Shown here: piece by piece, positions 24,751 through 37,914 of the stretch
Layout: each line of letters starts with the position of its first letter
Position numbering within the stretch: the stretch's first letter is position 1
NCBI RefSeq assembly: GCF_036321535.1
Contig: NC_087436.1
Span: forward strand, 108,316,001-108,380,000
DNA: 64,000 nucleotides
DNA from: Camelus dromedarius
Taxonomy: Eukaryota
Reading direction: 5' to 3'
Notes under the pieces: model-generated
Seen by the model: the letters and a program-made list of their open reading frames with translations, nothing else
What the model was told of the DNA's origin: nothing
The model's database searches: none
Program-made: the position numbers and the translations under genes

Positions 24751-26940
24751 AGTGATGCTGACATCTACTTGAGAGATATTCAGAAAATTACCTTTGAGTT
24801 ATTACCCATAGAATGAATCTGGAGTAAATTGATTTAATTGATGCTTCTTCACTCTCTGTAACATCATTGCACTATGTTGATAATGGGCATATGGCAAGCT
24901 TCCCTGAAGGTAATTGCACAACCTCCCTCATAGTGTGCTGATCTCTTCCATTGTCAGAATGTTACTGATAACCTTTCCCCTCTCAAGCTCTTCTGTTACC
25001 TTCCCTTTGAAGAAAAGCTATTCATAAGAGCCTTTACCATTTTGAAATATTTGTGCAAGCCATTAAAATAAATGCTAGTTAGTGTATAATGTGATGCAAG
25101 AATAGGCTACTGTAGAGTTATTTTTACCTCGGTTCATTAGGATAAAAGATATATCAATAGGGAAATAAATTGTACTAAATAAAAAAGCAAGCCTGACAGA
25201 AGAGAAGAAAAGAGAAAAGCAGAAAAAGGAGGAAAAAATTAACTCTACCAAGTCTCACTGAGAACATATTATGTGCAAGATACTGTTTTAGGTTTGTCAG
25301 TGATACCGAAGTGTTTCAGGCCTGTCAAGAATGGTGATTTTGTCAGTTGAAAACTTGTTGAAATAGAAGTTCCTTTCTTAACCCTCACAGTGACTGAAAA
25401 AGGATGGGTGCTGAGTGCATTTTGGGTTGAATGAAGGAAAGATCAAAAATGAAAAGGCTTAATTAACGTTACTTTGGAGGTAGCTGGATTGGAAGGCAAG
25501 TTAGAAACATTGCTTTGATAAGAATGAATGCTCAAATAAGAGATATGGGTTTTTTAAATATTTTGCTTTCCAGTTTGTGGGTTAAGAAAAAAAAAAACTT
25601 GGAGAATTATAAATGACCAGAACTTAAAAAAGGGATTTTAGAGATGATTGGTCTACTTCCCTCATTTTAGAGGTTTAGCTGAGTTTAAATTCATACTAGA
25701 AAACGTATACCTTAATTCTCACTATTTCTAACATGGGGTACCACCTTTTATCTTGGCCAGTTAGCCAATAGGCATACTACCTTAAATGACACTTAGATGT
25801 TGTCAATTTGAATTATTTCACTAGATATCCCACCTGTAAGTTGTCTAAAAAATACTGTGGATTCCCCAATAGCTTCCCCTCAGCTCTAAGCATAGTTCAT
25901 CGTCTCATGTCAGCTACAGTGTTTTTTGAGGCTTCAGGCTGATTTTAATGCTGACCAAAGTAAGCATAAGTTACATGAATTCTCCTGATGAAAGAGTATC
26001 TACTTTTCTCTTATTTCAGTAAACTTTCATGTCTCTCATTGTGGCCTCCTGTCAGTCATAGTGGCCTAATGTTCCTACTGGACAATTGTGTTGCTGGCAA
26101 ACAGGATATTAATATTTAAAAAGGAATGCATACAAATAAAATTGGACCCTGTCAGTGTGTCTACTTTAAAAATGGCAATACAGTGCCCTTCTCTGATTCA
26201 GAAGTAACAGCATGAGAAAATAATAGAGAGGGCCCTTTGCTTGTAATAATTGCTTTACTTGCCATCCTTTGCCCACTCAGACACTTCCTAGCATCTGTTC
26301 CTCCCTTTAGGTTACCATATCCCTCACTACTCAAACATGTTATCCAATTTTCCCTGAAAATGAAGACAGCAATCAATTATTTCCCATACCTTAGTTTCCT
26401 TTATGCTTATCTTAGAAGGAGAATTCATATTGCTATGGTTAGTGTCTGGCAGTAAGTTTCCTAAGGAACTTTGAAAAAAAAGACGGGCTAACTCTTTTTG
26501 AAAGTCCTTTTCTGTTTCGGCCCTACCTGGTTCTTACCCATATAATGCTGTGACTTAGCTCCCACCCACGCCTAGTGAGTCCATCTTCCTCTAGTTCCTC
26601 ATTCCCCCAGCCATGTGCCTCGGGATTTCTGAGCATCTTTATTTCATTGAGCCTACAGGTGATTGTTATAAGGCTCAGGTTTGAGAACCATTGCTCCTCA
26701 GTCAGACTACACTTGGAGTTACCCCTATTCAAAGCCTAGGCCCCAGCTAAAGACTAAGCCTCTTGCCCTGCAGAGAATCCCCAGGAAATACTGACTACTG
26801 GACTCACCACTGGACTACTACTTCTGCTTCTGAGCTGACCACAGAGGAGGCACACTGCAGTGAAGGCTGCACTTTGCTTCACTGGCCTTCCCCAAGCATA
26901 CGTACTATTCCTTTCCTAATTGCCCACGCCATTTAAAAAG

Positions 26941-27210
26941 ACGTTAACAATACTGTGTTATATATGAGACTGACGCGCTACCTACTGCGCTAATGAGGCA
27001 CCTGATACTGTGTTATATATTTGAAAGTAGCAAAGAGAGATCTTAAAAGTTCTCATCACAAAAAAACCTTTTTTTCTAACTATACGTGGGGATGGATGTT
27101 AACTAAATTTATTGTGGTAATCATTTTGCAGTGTACCCATATATCAAATCATTATGTTGTACATTGAAAGCTAATACAGTGTTACCTGCCAATTTTATCT
27201 CAGTTTTTTC
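26941..27210 (+). mobile_element. L1MA9-like 3' UTR fragment (host of the tRNA-half insertion)
   Basis: GTTAACAATACTGTGTT..TATTTGAAAG..GATCTTAAAAGTTCTCATCACAAAAAA..GATGGATGTTAACTAA..TATCAAATCATTATGTTGTACA. Confidence 0.85.
26963..27004 (-). pseudogene. Tailless retropseudogene of the 5' half of elongator tRNA-Met(CAT) plus a 5-nt 5' extension
   Basis: Minus strand reads CAGGT-GCCTCATTAGCGCAGTAGGTAGCGCGTCAGTCTCATA. This is nt 1-37 of vertebrate tRNA-Met(CAT) with one G>A change versus the recalled sequence. Perfect 16-bp direct repeats ATACTGTGTTATATAT at 26950-26965 and 27005-27020. No T-arm, CCA or poly(A). Confidence 0.92.
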
Positions 27211-29279
27211 CAAAGCCATTAAATAATACTTTACTGAAGGTTGGAAATAATGGTTTGAAAATGAAAATCCTAAAATTGAATTTTTACGGGATTTAATCCC
27301 ACGTGCCTAACACTGCCTGACCCATAAATACCAAGTGTGACTGTTCCAGGGAAATATATTATATCTTTACCTAAGATTTCCTCCTGGACATACCATTTCC
27401 TAGCCTAAAGTCCCTGTATTAAGGTCCACTTTTCTTGGTCTAGCTTGTACTAAGCAGAACATTTTCTTAGTCATGCATTGGAAATTTCAACTCCAGTTTG
27501 GGAAAACCCTACACCCTGCACAAAAACAGTTGGTCTTGCCCTCAGATTGAATTAGACTGCATTTATAAGAATAGAAAGGTAATGATGGATGTGAAAGGTA
27601 CTGAGGATGTAACTTGATATAAAGCACCTTGAGCAAAGGAGGGGGAAGAAAAGAATTTAAATGCTTAATTAAAATGTTTCTTTAAAAAATAGTTTGGATT
27701 TTATAGAAAATACATATGTCTCCAGTACCTATCCCTTTATATTTTAATTTTGCATCTCTCTCATCTAACCTGAATAAATTTCTTCTTCTTTGTGTTTTGC
27801 CAACAAAACAAAATGAAAAATTTTGTTATGAGGGGCGGGGTATTTATAAAAAGTGGTTAGAAAAATATCAATAAACTAAAATACCCTGCGTACTTTTGGG
27901 GGCAGAATCTGTTCTACCCAGGTTCTGTACCTCCCAGCATACGGCCCTGGGTATCCTATCTGGAAGACAGTTAATTAATGCTTACTAATTAATAGTGATA
28001 CAATAAGAGAGAAATGGAAAACTCTAGAATATCCTAAAGTTCTATTTTTTAATGCTTAAGTTTTCCTCTCTCTTAGATTTTAGAAATCTTAAATTTGGCA
28101 GGAGTGTTGTGAGATGGTCCTGAAAAAAAGAAAGGAAATTCTCTTCAATATTTTACTGTATCTATTATAGATAGATTAAAGAGTCCAAATGTAGAGACCT
28201 GTCCCTTTAGTGATGAAAAAGGTAAAAGTGCTTTTACACATCCCTTTCTTTACCTGTATTCCATCCGGCCTTTGCAAAGCAAGGAACCACTGAATTAAAA
28301 AAAAAAAAAAATCTCCTAAATCACATGGCTCAAATATAGAATGCTGCACATTTAAATGAAGTGCAAAGCCAGTAGCATGGTTTTTGTCTGTGAATTTTAG
28401 TGAAAACACATCACCTCTGATATCAGAAACTCTGTGAAATTAAAAAAAAAAATCCATTAGATGGAACAGTGTGATGTGGACATGGAGTGCAAGGATGGGA
28501 AGGGGTGCTTTGAAGAGTGATGTGGGAAACAGTTAAGGAAACATGTTAGAAATTAATCACTAAACTTTTGTCTCTCCTAAATTAGCACTACTAAGTTACT
28601 TTGTCATTCAACAAATGTTTATAAAGGATCTTTTTTGTGCTAGGTGCATTCTTACATATGCAAAAAATGAGCCATAGCAACAAAGCTTCTATAAGTAGAG
28701 CACAATGAAATAACTACATCTCAGAAAAGTGAACTCATACTGTTTTCATCTGGAGCATCACCCCCAAGAGGGAAAAGTGAACATTTAATCTCCCATATCT
28801 CTTCTACTTATCTTTCTCTTTTGATAGCAGAAGACTCTCTAATTCCTCTTTTTGCCTTATGGGACCTTCCCTTAAATAAATCTTGTCAGTTCTTTCCAAC
28901 CAATGGTTTATAATAAAACACTATTATACTAGTTATATAGAGATATGGATATAGATATACAGATATATAGATATACTGGAGAAAATTTAGAATTAAAAAA
29001 ATCTCTTTTTATAATTTCAGTACCTTGGATTTCATGATTGTGTGGCTCAGAGCTTCAAAGTAGTGTTTATGAAGCCAAAAGCTTTATTTAATTCCTTCTA
29101 ATTTTACCTGTAGCAAAAGGATACCTCTTATTGAATAGAGGGGGAGGCTAGGTGCAAAACATTGGTACTATTACTCTATTGGAGACTACTGATGCTACAC
29201 GTATAACATGATACAAAGAGTGATATAGTAGAGGAAAGATAGATTCCACTAAAGGAAATGGAATGCATTTAGTTTGGTA

Positions 29280-29770
29280 GGACCCACATTGGTCTAGAAT
29301 AAAGAATAACTTCTCAGAGAAAAAGACATTCTTAAGCTTTAAGTTCTTAAAAGTTGAATAGCAGTAATTCTCGTTAGAGAGAATTGCCTATTGCAGAGGA
29401 GAAACAATGAAGGATGAAGGATGTGTGGGCTAGGTGGAGAGTAGAGGTCAGGGGCAGTGAAGAAGACACTGGAGAGAAACCAGTCCAGGAACTGGAAGAT
29501 CTCCTAAGCCATTTTAAGGATTTTGGATCTCCCTAATGGGAGGTGACTGAAGGCTTTTCAGCAGGATGTTGACATTATCTGACGTATATGTCACATACAT
29601 TGCTGTGGAGAACAGACTGGAGGCACGGAACAGAACAAGACAGTAAAGAGGAAGACCTGCAGGCAGCTATTATAGCAGTTTGGGAACAAGATGATGGCAG
29701 TTTCAACTGGAGTGAAGAAGAGCAGAGCCAGTGGGGAAGGGGAGAGAGGCAGGGATGCAAACAAGATATA
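29280..29770 (-). mobile_element. L2 fragment
   Basis: AAGCCATTTTAAGGATTTTGGAT, GACTGAAGGCTTTTCAGCAGG, AGGCAGCTATTATAGCAGTTTGGG. Confidence 0.7.
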
Positions 29771-32700
29771 TTTTGTCCTTTTAATTTTATATTTTTAAGC
29801 AGTTGAATTGAAAAAAAATAAAACCCACGATATTGATGGCAATACATTCCTCAATTATGATAATATTTTGGTATGTTTCTTTTAGTGGAACTTGGGGCAT
29901 TTCACTGACCTTGGCAGTTAGGTAGACAGTCAGTGACACCGTCAACTTCACGAGGCCACATGGGGCAGCTTTTACAAACAGAGAATAGTGAGTCTGTAGC
30001 ACTTGTGTGAGGTCTGACCCAGCTCGTGCATAATGTCAAAGCTACAACTGAAGTCTCTTTGCTTGTAATTATTTTTGACATCAGAATAACTCCTGTGCAA
30101 ATTCAGAAGGAAAATCAAAGTTACAGCTCCATTGTAATTATTCATCTGTCACTGCCCAAATCTAACTGCTGCAGGCAGTGTAATTTCTGCATGGACTGAG
30201 ATTCATTTGGAGGATTTGGTCTCTTCTGCACAACCTATCTCCTCTTTTTTTGAACCGGTTATAACAATGACTTAGCAAAGCCAAAGCAGAGCCAAATAGA
30301 ATCAAATAACAACAAAAAAAAATTCAATTGTTTACTTTGCTTGCTCGTCCTCCTGTGCTTTATTTACCTTTTTTAAAAACAAAAATCAAAAACGATAAGT
30401 AACAATAGCTAATGATTTTTGAGCCCTGCTAAGTTGCTACCATGCTAAGTACTGTGCATGTATCATTTCATTTAGGTATTCTAAGATAGATATTATTTTA
30501 TTAGATACAGTAGATATTGTTATTCTTATCATTATTTCTACTATGTGGATATGCAATGGCTTCTAAAATTAAAAAAAAAAAACTTGTGGTTAAAGTGGTA
30601 GTAAACTCAGTCCTCTCTGACTCAGTATAACCAAAATAATCATCTGGTTGTACACTTAATGCTCTCCATGCTCTTCCACCAAAATTACCAGCATCACCAG
30701 CATCATCACCACCATACTGTATATATCATACCCTGGAATCAGGAATATGCTCTAGGAAACTATTTAGAAAGCTATTACTTGGGGTGGAAACAGATAATTA
30801 ATACTCTAGATCATTAATTTTTCAACACTTTTCACACTCCAGATACTGTGTTTGGTACTAGACCTAGGACTACCATTGTGAACGGTTTCTGTTTCTCATT
30901 ATAAAATTGTGTGGAAAAGAGGAGAACAACCCTGGCAGAATGGCAGTTGCAGCAGGAGGCATCCGCCTAGGTTCACGTTCTAGGAGGGGTGCGGTGTGGG
31001 GTACAGGTGCAGACCCCCTAGCGGAAGGCCCTGCCCGGGCTTGGCTGCTGCCTCAGGAGCTGGAGGAGGTTCACCTTGACTTCATCTCTTTCCTGGCTTG
31101 AGCTTCTTATCTCCATCTCTGAATGAACTCATTCTAGCTTCAAACCATACTCACAAGAAGATAGTTCTTATCATCCCTGCTTTTGTGAGGAACCAACTAC
31201 CCATGAATATTTTCATGTTTCTGCACAAGTAGGGCTTTCTGAACAAAGAACCTTGGCACCTGGGTTAAAGGCTGATTGACTAGCAGCTGTCAAGGTGGAG
31301 AGCTCCAGAGAGAAATAAATTGTCTGATCTCTCCCCGAGAGACACTTGGTTACATCCCAGGATGTTGTAATCAAGACTTTTCCCCCTTCCATCCACCCAA
31401 TGTGAGTTTTTACATTGCAGAGCAAAAGTTGCCTTTCTCTCTCCAGAGGGGCAGAGGGCCAGATGGCAGAGCCACCCTGTGTAAGTTCCCAGTTTCATAA
31501 TTCTGGGGTTCATTTCCTATGGTACTAACCCCAGTGTCTGCACTGGGCACATCTGGCTCCTACAGCATCATGTTTGGGTATGAAGAACTGATGCAGGCTG
31601 CTCTGTGAGTAAACAGTCTGTTCCCTCACCCAAAGGTCCCCTGTTCCTATTTGTATGTATGTGTGTGTACATGTACATATGTGTATGTAGAGAGATAGAT
31701 TATAACATCACAGACCCATCACAGTTTTAAACTTAACAGTTATCCAGATAAATAAAGCAAGGGTAGAAACATGTTCTCATTACCTCTTTCTAGAGGAATT
31801 CCTTTGTTCTACTCCTCTTTGAGTTTCTGTATAGAGGTCCAGAAGCGTAGACAACTGTGCCATTAAGGAGTATGGGTTCCTGCCTCTGCCTTCCTTTAAA
31901 TGCTCATTTCCATCAGCTGTTCTAATGTGTAACTTAGGTGAGACAATCTCAAAAAATGTATGCCCTGGACCAATGGCTCCAACTCTAACTGAAAGCTTGG
32001 CATCTACTATAAAAAGTGGAATTCTGTATGTTTCTGTATGGCCCTGCTATTATCTGTGAACAGATGTATAAAGGCCCTACTTGCCTCCCCACAGAAAGAA
32101 AAAAAATCAAAAAGCTGCTTCATGACCTCCCTTGCTAGGGAAGAACTTTGCTGTTTGGAAGCGTTCTCTGTTGGTACATCACATGGGCTGGGCTAGGGCA
32201 ACCTGCAGACCAGATCCTGCTCTGGTTGAGTCCCTCCAGGAGATCATGAGCTCTTCTGTCCTCTTTTCTACACAAAAGAAAGGAAAAGGACTTGGGAATG
32301 CTACTACATTTAACTAATTTATTCTTTCATACCATAAAACCGGGAAAGAAAGTCACACATTTTAGACCCTTAGAGATTATCCCACATGGACTTCCACTTT
32401 CTTTTGCTTTTCTTTTATCTTCCCACAGTCTCTTTTCAAGTCCCTTGTCTGGCATCCCTTCCTTTTGTTACATGTCAAGGAATTCTAACTTTCCTACATG
32501 TGGTGGAAAGGCACGTCTTCAACCTCTCAACTTCCTTGTGCTTTTTGTAAGCTCTTCCCTAATGTTTGGACAGGATGTTAAATATGGCTTCCTTGCATGC
32601 AGACTTTGTGGGCATGGGGGCCCCGATCTCATGAGGGACAGAGTAATGATGGGTGTTACAGTTTCAGTTCAGTCTTTCAAAGAGTGGAGACTGCCATCTG

Positions 32701-33719
32701 TGTCCTTATGAAACACCAAAGGTAAACATACTTTGCTGCAGCAAATATGATTCATTTTTTTTTTTTCTAAAGAAAACACAATTTCACATGGGGAAAGAAT
32801 ATTCCTCCTCTTAGCATGACTTTGACCTACTCGTTTCAAAGTAGTAACCTTGGCATCACTGTTTGAGGACCATGTGATTCTGCCCTCTGCCTGGTATACT
32901 GGACAAGTGGAATTCTTCCCAAATCATTTCTCCCCAAGTAGGACTGACATACTTTCCCCTGACGTGGTGGGAAACAGGACTATAATGCAGATCACTCCCG
33001 ATGAACTTAAATGTTCCACAGGATTCCTCCCCTGCTTCTGCGTTTGAATTTAGTTCTGTTAAGAAATATATGCAGGTACTGTCGTATATTTGTGAATTTG
33101 GGGAGCTTTAAACGTGTTTAATGCTCAGTGCCCTTCATTCATTTTCCTTTTGTCCTGTCTTCAAGCCATTTTCCTTTGCATGTTTAAATGATGGTTAACT
33201 ATGAAGAAGACCAAAATAGACAAAGTAATTGCCACTTGTTCCTTTGTCTCTCGGTGGCTTGCTGTGCTATAAATGTATTGAATCTAGACCAAGCTGGGGA
33301 GGTAAAACCTAATTTAATAGCTATCAGTCACAGGCAGCAGGCCTGCAAGAGGAGAAAATAGAAAGGTGGTTCTGTTGTGCAGTCCTCTCCCAGGAAAAAC
33401 AAAGTGAAACATTAGACACTCCGTATCTTTACAAGATGCCTTCTAGTCCCTCTACCAAGTTACTCATAATTTGAAACTCTGTGTATGTTATTTCCACTTA
33501 TATGCCTTTCTCCTTGTATTAAAAAGTGTGTGACTGACATGTTAACTAAAATATTTAATAAGAATTAAATACATTGGGCTTCATTAGAAGGAAACAGAGC
33601 AACTTGATATGAAATTCAAATACTAATTAGATAAAGCCTCCCTGTGTGGAGCTAGGCAGATGCTTTTCTGAGCCCCAGAATAATGCACATGGCTCTGCCT
33701 TCCAGACTTCTAATGGTGA

Positions 33720-34295
33720 GTCTGTCATCCTGTGTTGTCTGTTAAATCCTTCCAGAAGCTTCTTAATTTACTCTGATTAAAAAGCCAGTCAGACAAGTTC
33801 AGGGGCCTGAAGATCTACGTTACCTCCTGGTATTATCCTTCTCTGCCCTCCTTACTGACTTCCTCCTCACTCACTCTGCTCCAGCCTCCCTGGCCTTCTG
33901 GTGTTTCCTCTCATACACCTGGTGCTCCTGCACTAGAATCTTCGCACTTCACGTTTCCTCTCCCTGAAGACTTTTCTGTAAGATGTGCGTAGATCTTGTC
34001 GCCTCCTTCAGTTGTCCCCATCTCAGTGAGGCTATCCCGATCACTCTGTTTATAATTGCAGTCCTGCCACCTCCAGCACACCCTGTACCATCGCCTGGCT
34101 TTTTCTTTATAAACCTTATCACCATACTCTAACATACTCTATACTTTGCTTATACATTTGGTTTATAGTTTGACTCCCCCTACTAAAATTGTAAGGGAAA
34201 GAATCTTGTTTACTATTATACCCCAAGACCAGTGACTCACAGAAGGTAAGCATACAACAAATACTTGCTGAAAAAAATGAATGAGTGAATATGAA
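33720..34295 (+). mobile_element. L2a 3' end
   Basis: CACTCACTCTGCTCCAGCCTCCCTGGCCTTCT, TCTCAGTGAGGCT, tail AAATACTTGCTGAAAAAAATGAATGAGTGAA. Confidence 0.85.
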
Positions 34296-34529
34296 AGTGG
34301 TCTATTCTGCAGAAGCTGTAGATCATTTTGAAAGGAAACGGAGCTTAATGGAGTTGGTATAAAGGTTACTTGGGGCAGAAACTAATAACCCTGCAATAAA
34401 TAGGTTGAGCCACTGCAGACTGCATTACACGAGTCCAAACACTTCCCTTAGACTCTAACTTTCCCCAGCTATTGAACATACTGGTTCTTGTCAGCGGCTG
34501 AAATAAGGAACAAGGAAAAGGAGCTGAAG

Positions 34530-34800
34530 ATGCGCTCATTCACATATTGATAGGTTCTGAGGGAAATGGGCAGTGTGCAAGGCTCTGGGGATATAAGGCT
34601 GAATAGGATGTGGTCTCTGTCCTTAATGAGCTCATGGTGTACCAGGGAAACTGATAATAAAATAGTTCGTTACAATTCAACACTTTCAATAGTCTGAGTG
34701 CTGTATAAGCAAAGTTCTGGGGAAGAAAAGAAGGGTCAGTAAGCTGACCTGCCTATAGAGATTTGGGGAAGCCTTACAAAGGAAGTTAAGTTTTATCTGG
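34530..34800 (-). mobile_element. L2 3' end
   Basis: CAGTGTGCAAGGCTCTGGGGATATAAGGCTGAATAGGATGTGGTCTCTGTCCTTAATGAGCTCA. Confidence 0.7.
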
Positions 34801-34809
34801 ATTTTTGTT

Positions 34810-35280
34810 TAAGATGCTTTTAATTACAAGTAATGGGAAACTCAACTCAATTAGGCCCAAGTGATTAAGGAAAATGCCTTGGCTCAGGTAGCTAAAAAAT
34901 AGCCAGAAGTAGAAAGGACTTCAGAGCTAGAGATCAAAGCTCCATGCCCCTGTCGCTGTGAGTTTCTCGGGTCTGGTCTCTTCCATGTGGCAGCTGATCC
35001 TCAGGCTAGCTTCTCTCACAGCTTGGAAGTGGCTCCACCAGGACCACATCTCATATCTGCCTACCCTACTCCCATAACATCCGTATCAAGAGTTGGTTTT
35101 CCCCAACCACTAAATAAAAATACAAGAGTTAGTCTACCTGGACCACCTAAAGCCACTGCCCACTCTTTCACCAGTTATTGTACCCAGGAAATGCCATGGA
35201 TTAATTGGCATATGTCTGGGTTACCTGCCCAGCCCTACACCCACTGTTAGAGCAAGGGTGATGGAACTAGGATCTCTGGC
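34810..35280 (-). mobile_element. Old MaLR LTR, MLT1K/L-like
   Basis: AAGATGCTTTTAATTACAAGTAATGGGAAACTCAACTCAA..TTGGCTCAGGTAGCTAAAAA..ACTTCAG. Confidence 0.6.
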
Positions 35281-36847
35281 TTTTGATGATGAAGGTCCAT
35301 CTTTGAAGCAGAGTGCTGTGGTCACTCCTACCCGAACACAGAGCAGCCACACAAATGGGAAAGGAGCAGGCGAATGCTTGCGTGGCAACTTCAATATGCC
35401 CTGTAATCTTAAAGGATGAGTAAGGACTTTCCAGGGAGATGATGGAGAAAAGTAACATTAAAGCTAGAAGAAACACCACCACCACACAAAAAAAATCACA
35501 AAAATGGAAAATGCCATACACCACTGTGGGAAAATTGTGTTGGACTTGGGGAATGATGAAGTGTCTGGAAATTTTGGAAAAACCAAAAATGAAACTATAC
35601 ACAAATTTTAATGGTTCCTTTGGGTTTTTATAAGTCAAATAAACGTATGAAAACAGTTGATTAACAATAATCAGTGAGATAAGGAGGAAGTCACAGGAGC
35701 AGAAGTTACGGTCCCTATTCTCCAAAAGCTGTGGCAATCAAATTGGTTAACTGACGTAGCCGCTGGTTGTGTGTATAATGAGCAGTCATCCGAGAGTGTG
35801 AAATGGCAAGACCATGGGCTTTAGTGTCTTCACCCCAGGCTCTGGATGATTAATCTACTTTGCTTACAAAGTTTTCTCCTTTGTACATGAGATCTAGCAT
35901 CTCTTTCTTAAGCAGTTGTGCATTTAAGAGCTAAGAGAAGTTGATATGTAAAGTGCTCTGTACGTGGAGGTAATTTGTGATCTATACATGTAGCTCCTCC
36001 ACTTTCTTCTCTGACGAAGATGATAAGAAAGAGGAGGCCTGTGATGATGATGAATGAATAGAAGGCTAGATTGTAACTACTCAATAAGACCAAAATGGAA
36101 AAGAAAAAGAAAATAGAGAAAGAGATGGTAAGATAATCCTGACTTCTCATTAACAAGAACTGAGGAAGGACACTTTCTTTGACCTTCGCTGTACTTTGAT
36201 AATACCGGCGGTGTTGGTCTTTATGTACAGTTTGTAATGTCAATAAGAACAATCAGGCAAAGATCCATCAATAGATTTTTCCATCAGGATTGATCCAGAT
36301 ACATCATAAGTGAACCAAATGATTGGCCAAATATTGATAAATTTTCCTCACTATCCAAAAGTTAACCTGCTACTTTTTAAAAATTGACAATCACATTAAA
36401 GTTTACTTTTCACTAACATAAACTCTACTCTTATCCATCCTCAAGGCGTCTGTTACCCTAAATTTTACTCTATTCAAAACCGAAGCCCTCTTCCTAAACC
36501 CGGAAGGATTTTACCCGAGGCAGCATCAACCATTAAGATACTCCTGGCTCAGAAATGTGGTGTCATCTTTGAATGAAAAACTCCTGACATTTGTACGTTT
36601 CATCTTTTTCATTTCTCAGTCTCCTCTACCACTGCCCTTCTCCAAGTCACCTCTACTCTGGGAGACTAAAATAGACCCAGTCACCTTTCAGTGCTGTCTG
36701 CCTTTCGGCCATCTGATCCCTTTGTCAATGTTGCCAGACTGTTGCTGCCACGATGGCACCATCATCTTGACATTCCCCATTTCAGGTACCTCCAGAGTAT
36801 CTGAAAGGTCAGAAAATATAGGATACATTTATTTTAAGCAGTATATT

Positions 36848-37389
36848 TGTATCAGTTATTTGTTTCTGCATAACTAAGTACCACACAAATTATTGGTTTA
36901 AAATTATCATCTTTAATTATACTTCAGTTTCCTGCGGGTCCAGAATTTGGAAGTAGTGTGGCTGGGGTGGTTCTGGCTCCATATTTCATGAGGTTGCAAT
37001 CAAAATGTTGGTCCAGGCTTTTGTCATCTGAAGGCTTAACTGTGGCTGAGTGATCCACTTTGAAGATGGTTTTACCTTCCTGGCTGGCAAAGTGGTGCCA
37101 GCTTTTGTCAGGAGGCCTCAATTAGTCTCCACGTGGGCTTCTCCATGGGACAGTTTTCAAAACGTGAAAGCTTGCTTCCCCCAGAGAGAAGTATGCAAAA
37201 GAGAGAGCCAGGCAGAAGCTGTATCTTTTTGATGACCTTGTAAGTCTCATAGCTCGTCACTTCTGCTACATTCTGTGGTTAGAAAGGAATCATTAAGTCC
37301 GACCTACATTTCCAGGAAGGGGAAGTAAGCATCGCCTTTGGAAGGGAGAACTGTCAAAGAATTCACAGACCTATTTTAAAACCACTACA
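36848..37389 (-). mobile_element. MaLR solo LTR, MLT1F/G-like, full length
   Basis: TG...CA termini (TGTATCAGTTAT...TTTAAAACCACTACA); GTCATCTGAAGGCTTAACTG..GATCCACTT; GTCACTTCTGCTACATTCT. Confidence 0.85.
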
Positions 37390-37914
37390 ACCTTAATTAC
37401 ATTTTCCAGGAATATGTTCAATATAATTTCCTTCAATCTCCAGCACCTCTTTAGGTAAAATACCTCTAAATCTAACTCAATTAAGTTCCACTGTTACTGA
37501 ACGGGGTATAGTAAGTATACTATTTTGACTGCTTTCTCTGTGTTTCCTGGCTTTCTGAACACTCTGGTGTGTTCACTGTACTCCAGTAAAAGGAGTCGCA
37601 TCAACTGCATTTATTACAACTGTGCTGTTTTACTTTTTCTTTCACTCTCTTGGAATGTATTCCAGTTCCACCAGGCTGGTCTTCCCACTCTTCCAGTGCT
37701 TGTTTTTATCGCTGCCCCCGACTTTACTGAGACCCTTCTTCCTTCCTTTGTTCTGTCTTTTAAACCCTTGGCACTTATAGGTGAGACAGGCAAATTCAAG
37801 TCTCATTTTTCCGTGAAGAGTTGACTGTCTTTGCCATCTCTGTTTCTATAATAATGCCTGTTCATAGCAAATACTCATTATGTATTTGTTGAATGAGCAA
37901 ATCAATATTAAAAG

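Noticed and set aside
26950..27020. CRISPR-like repeat-spacer-repeat unit
   Set aside because: Only two 16-bp repeats in mammalian DNA with no cas genes; fully explained as a TSD around a tRNA fragment.
35267..35737. 156-aa minus-strand ORF
   Set aside because: Non-ATG start and F/L/I/S-rich composition typical of random AT-rich DNA; no domain recognised.
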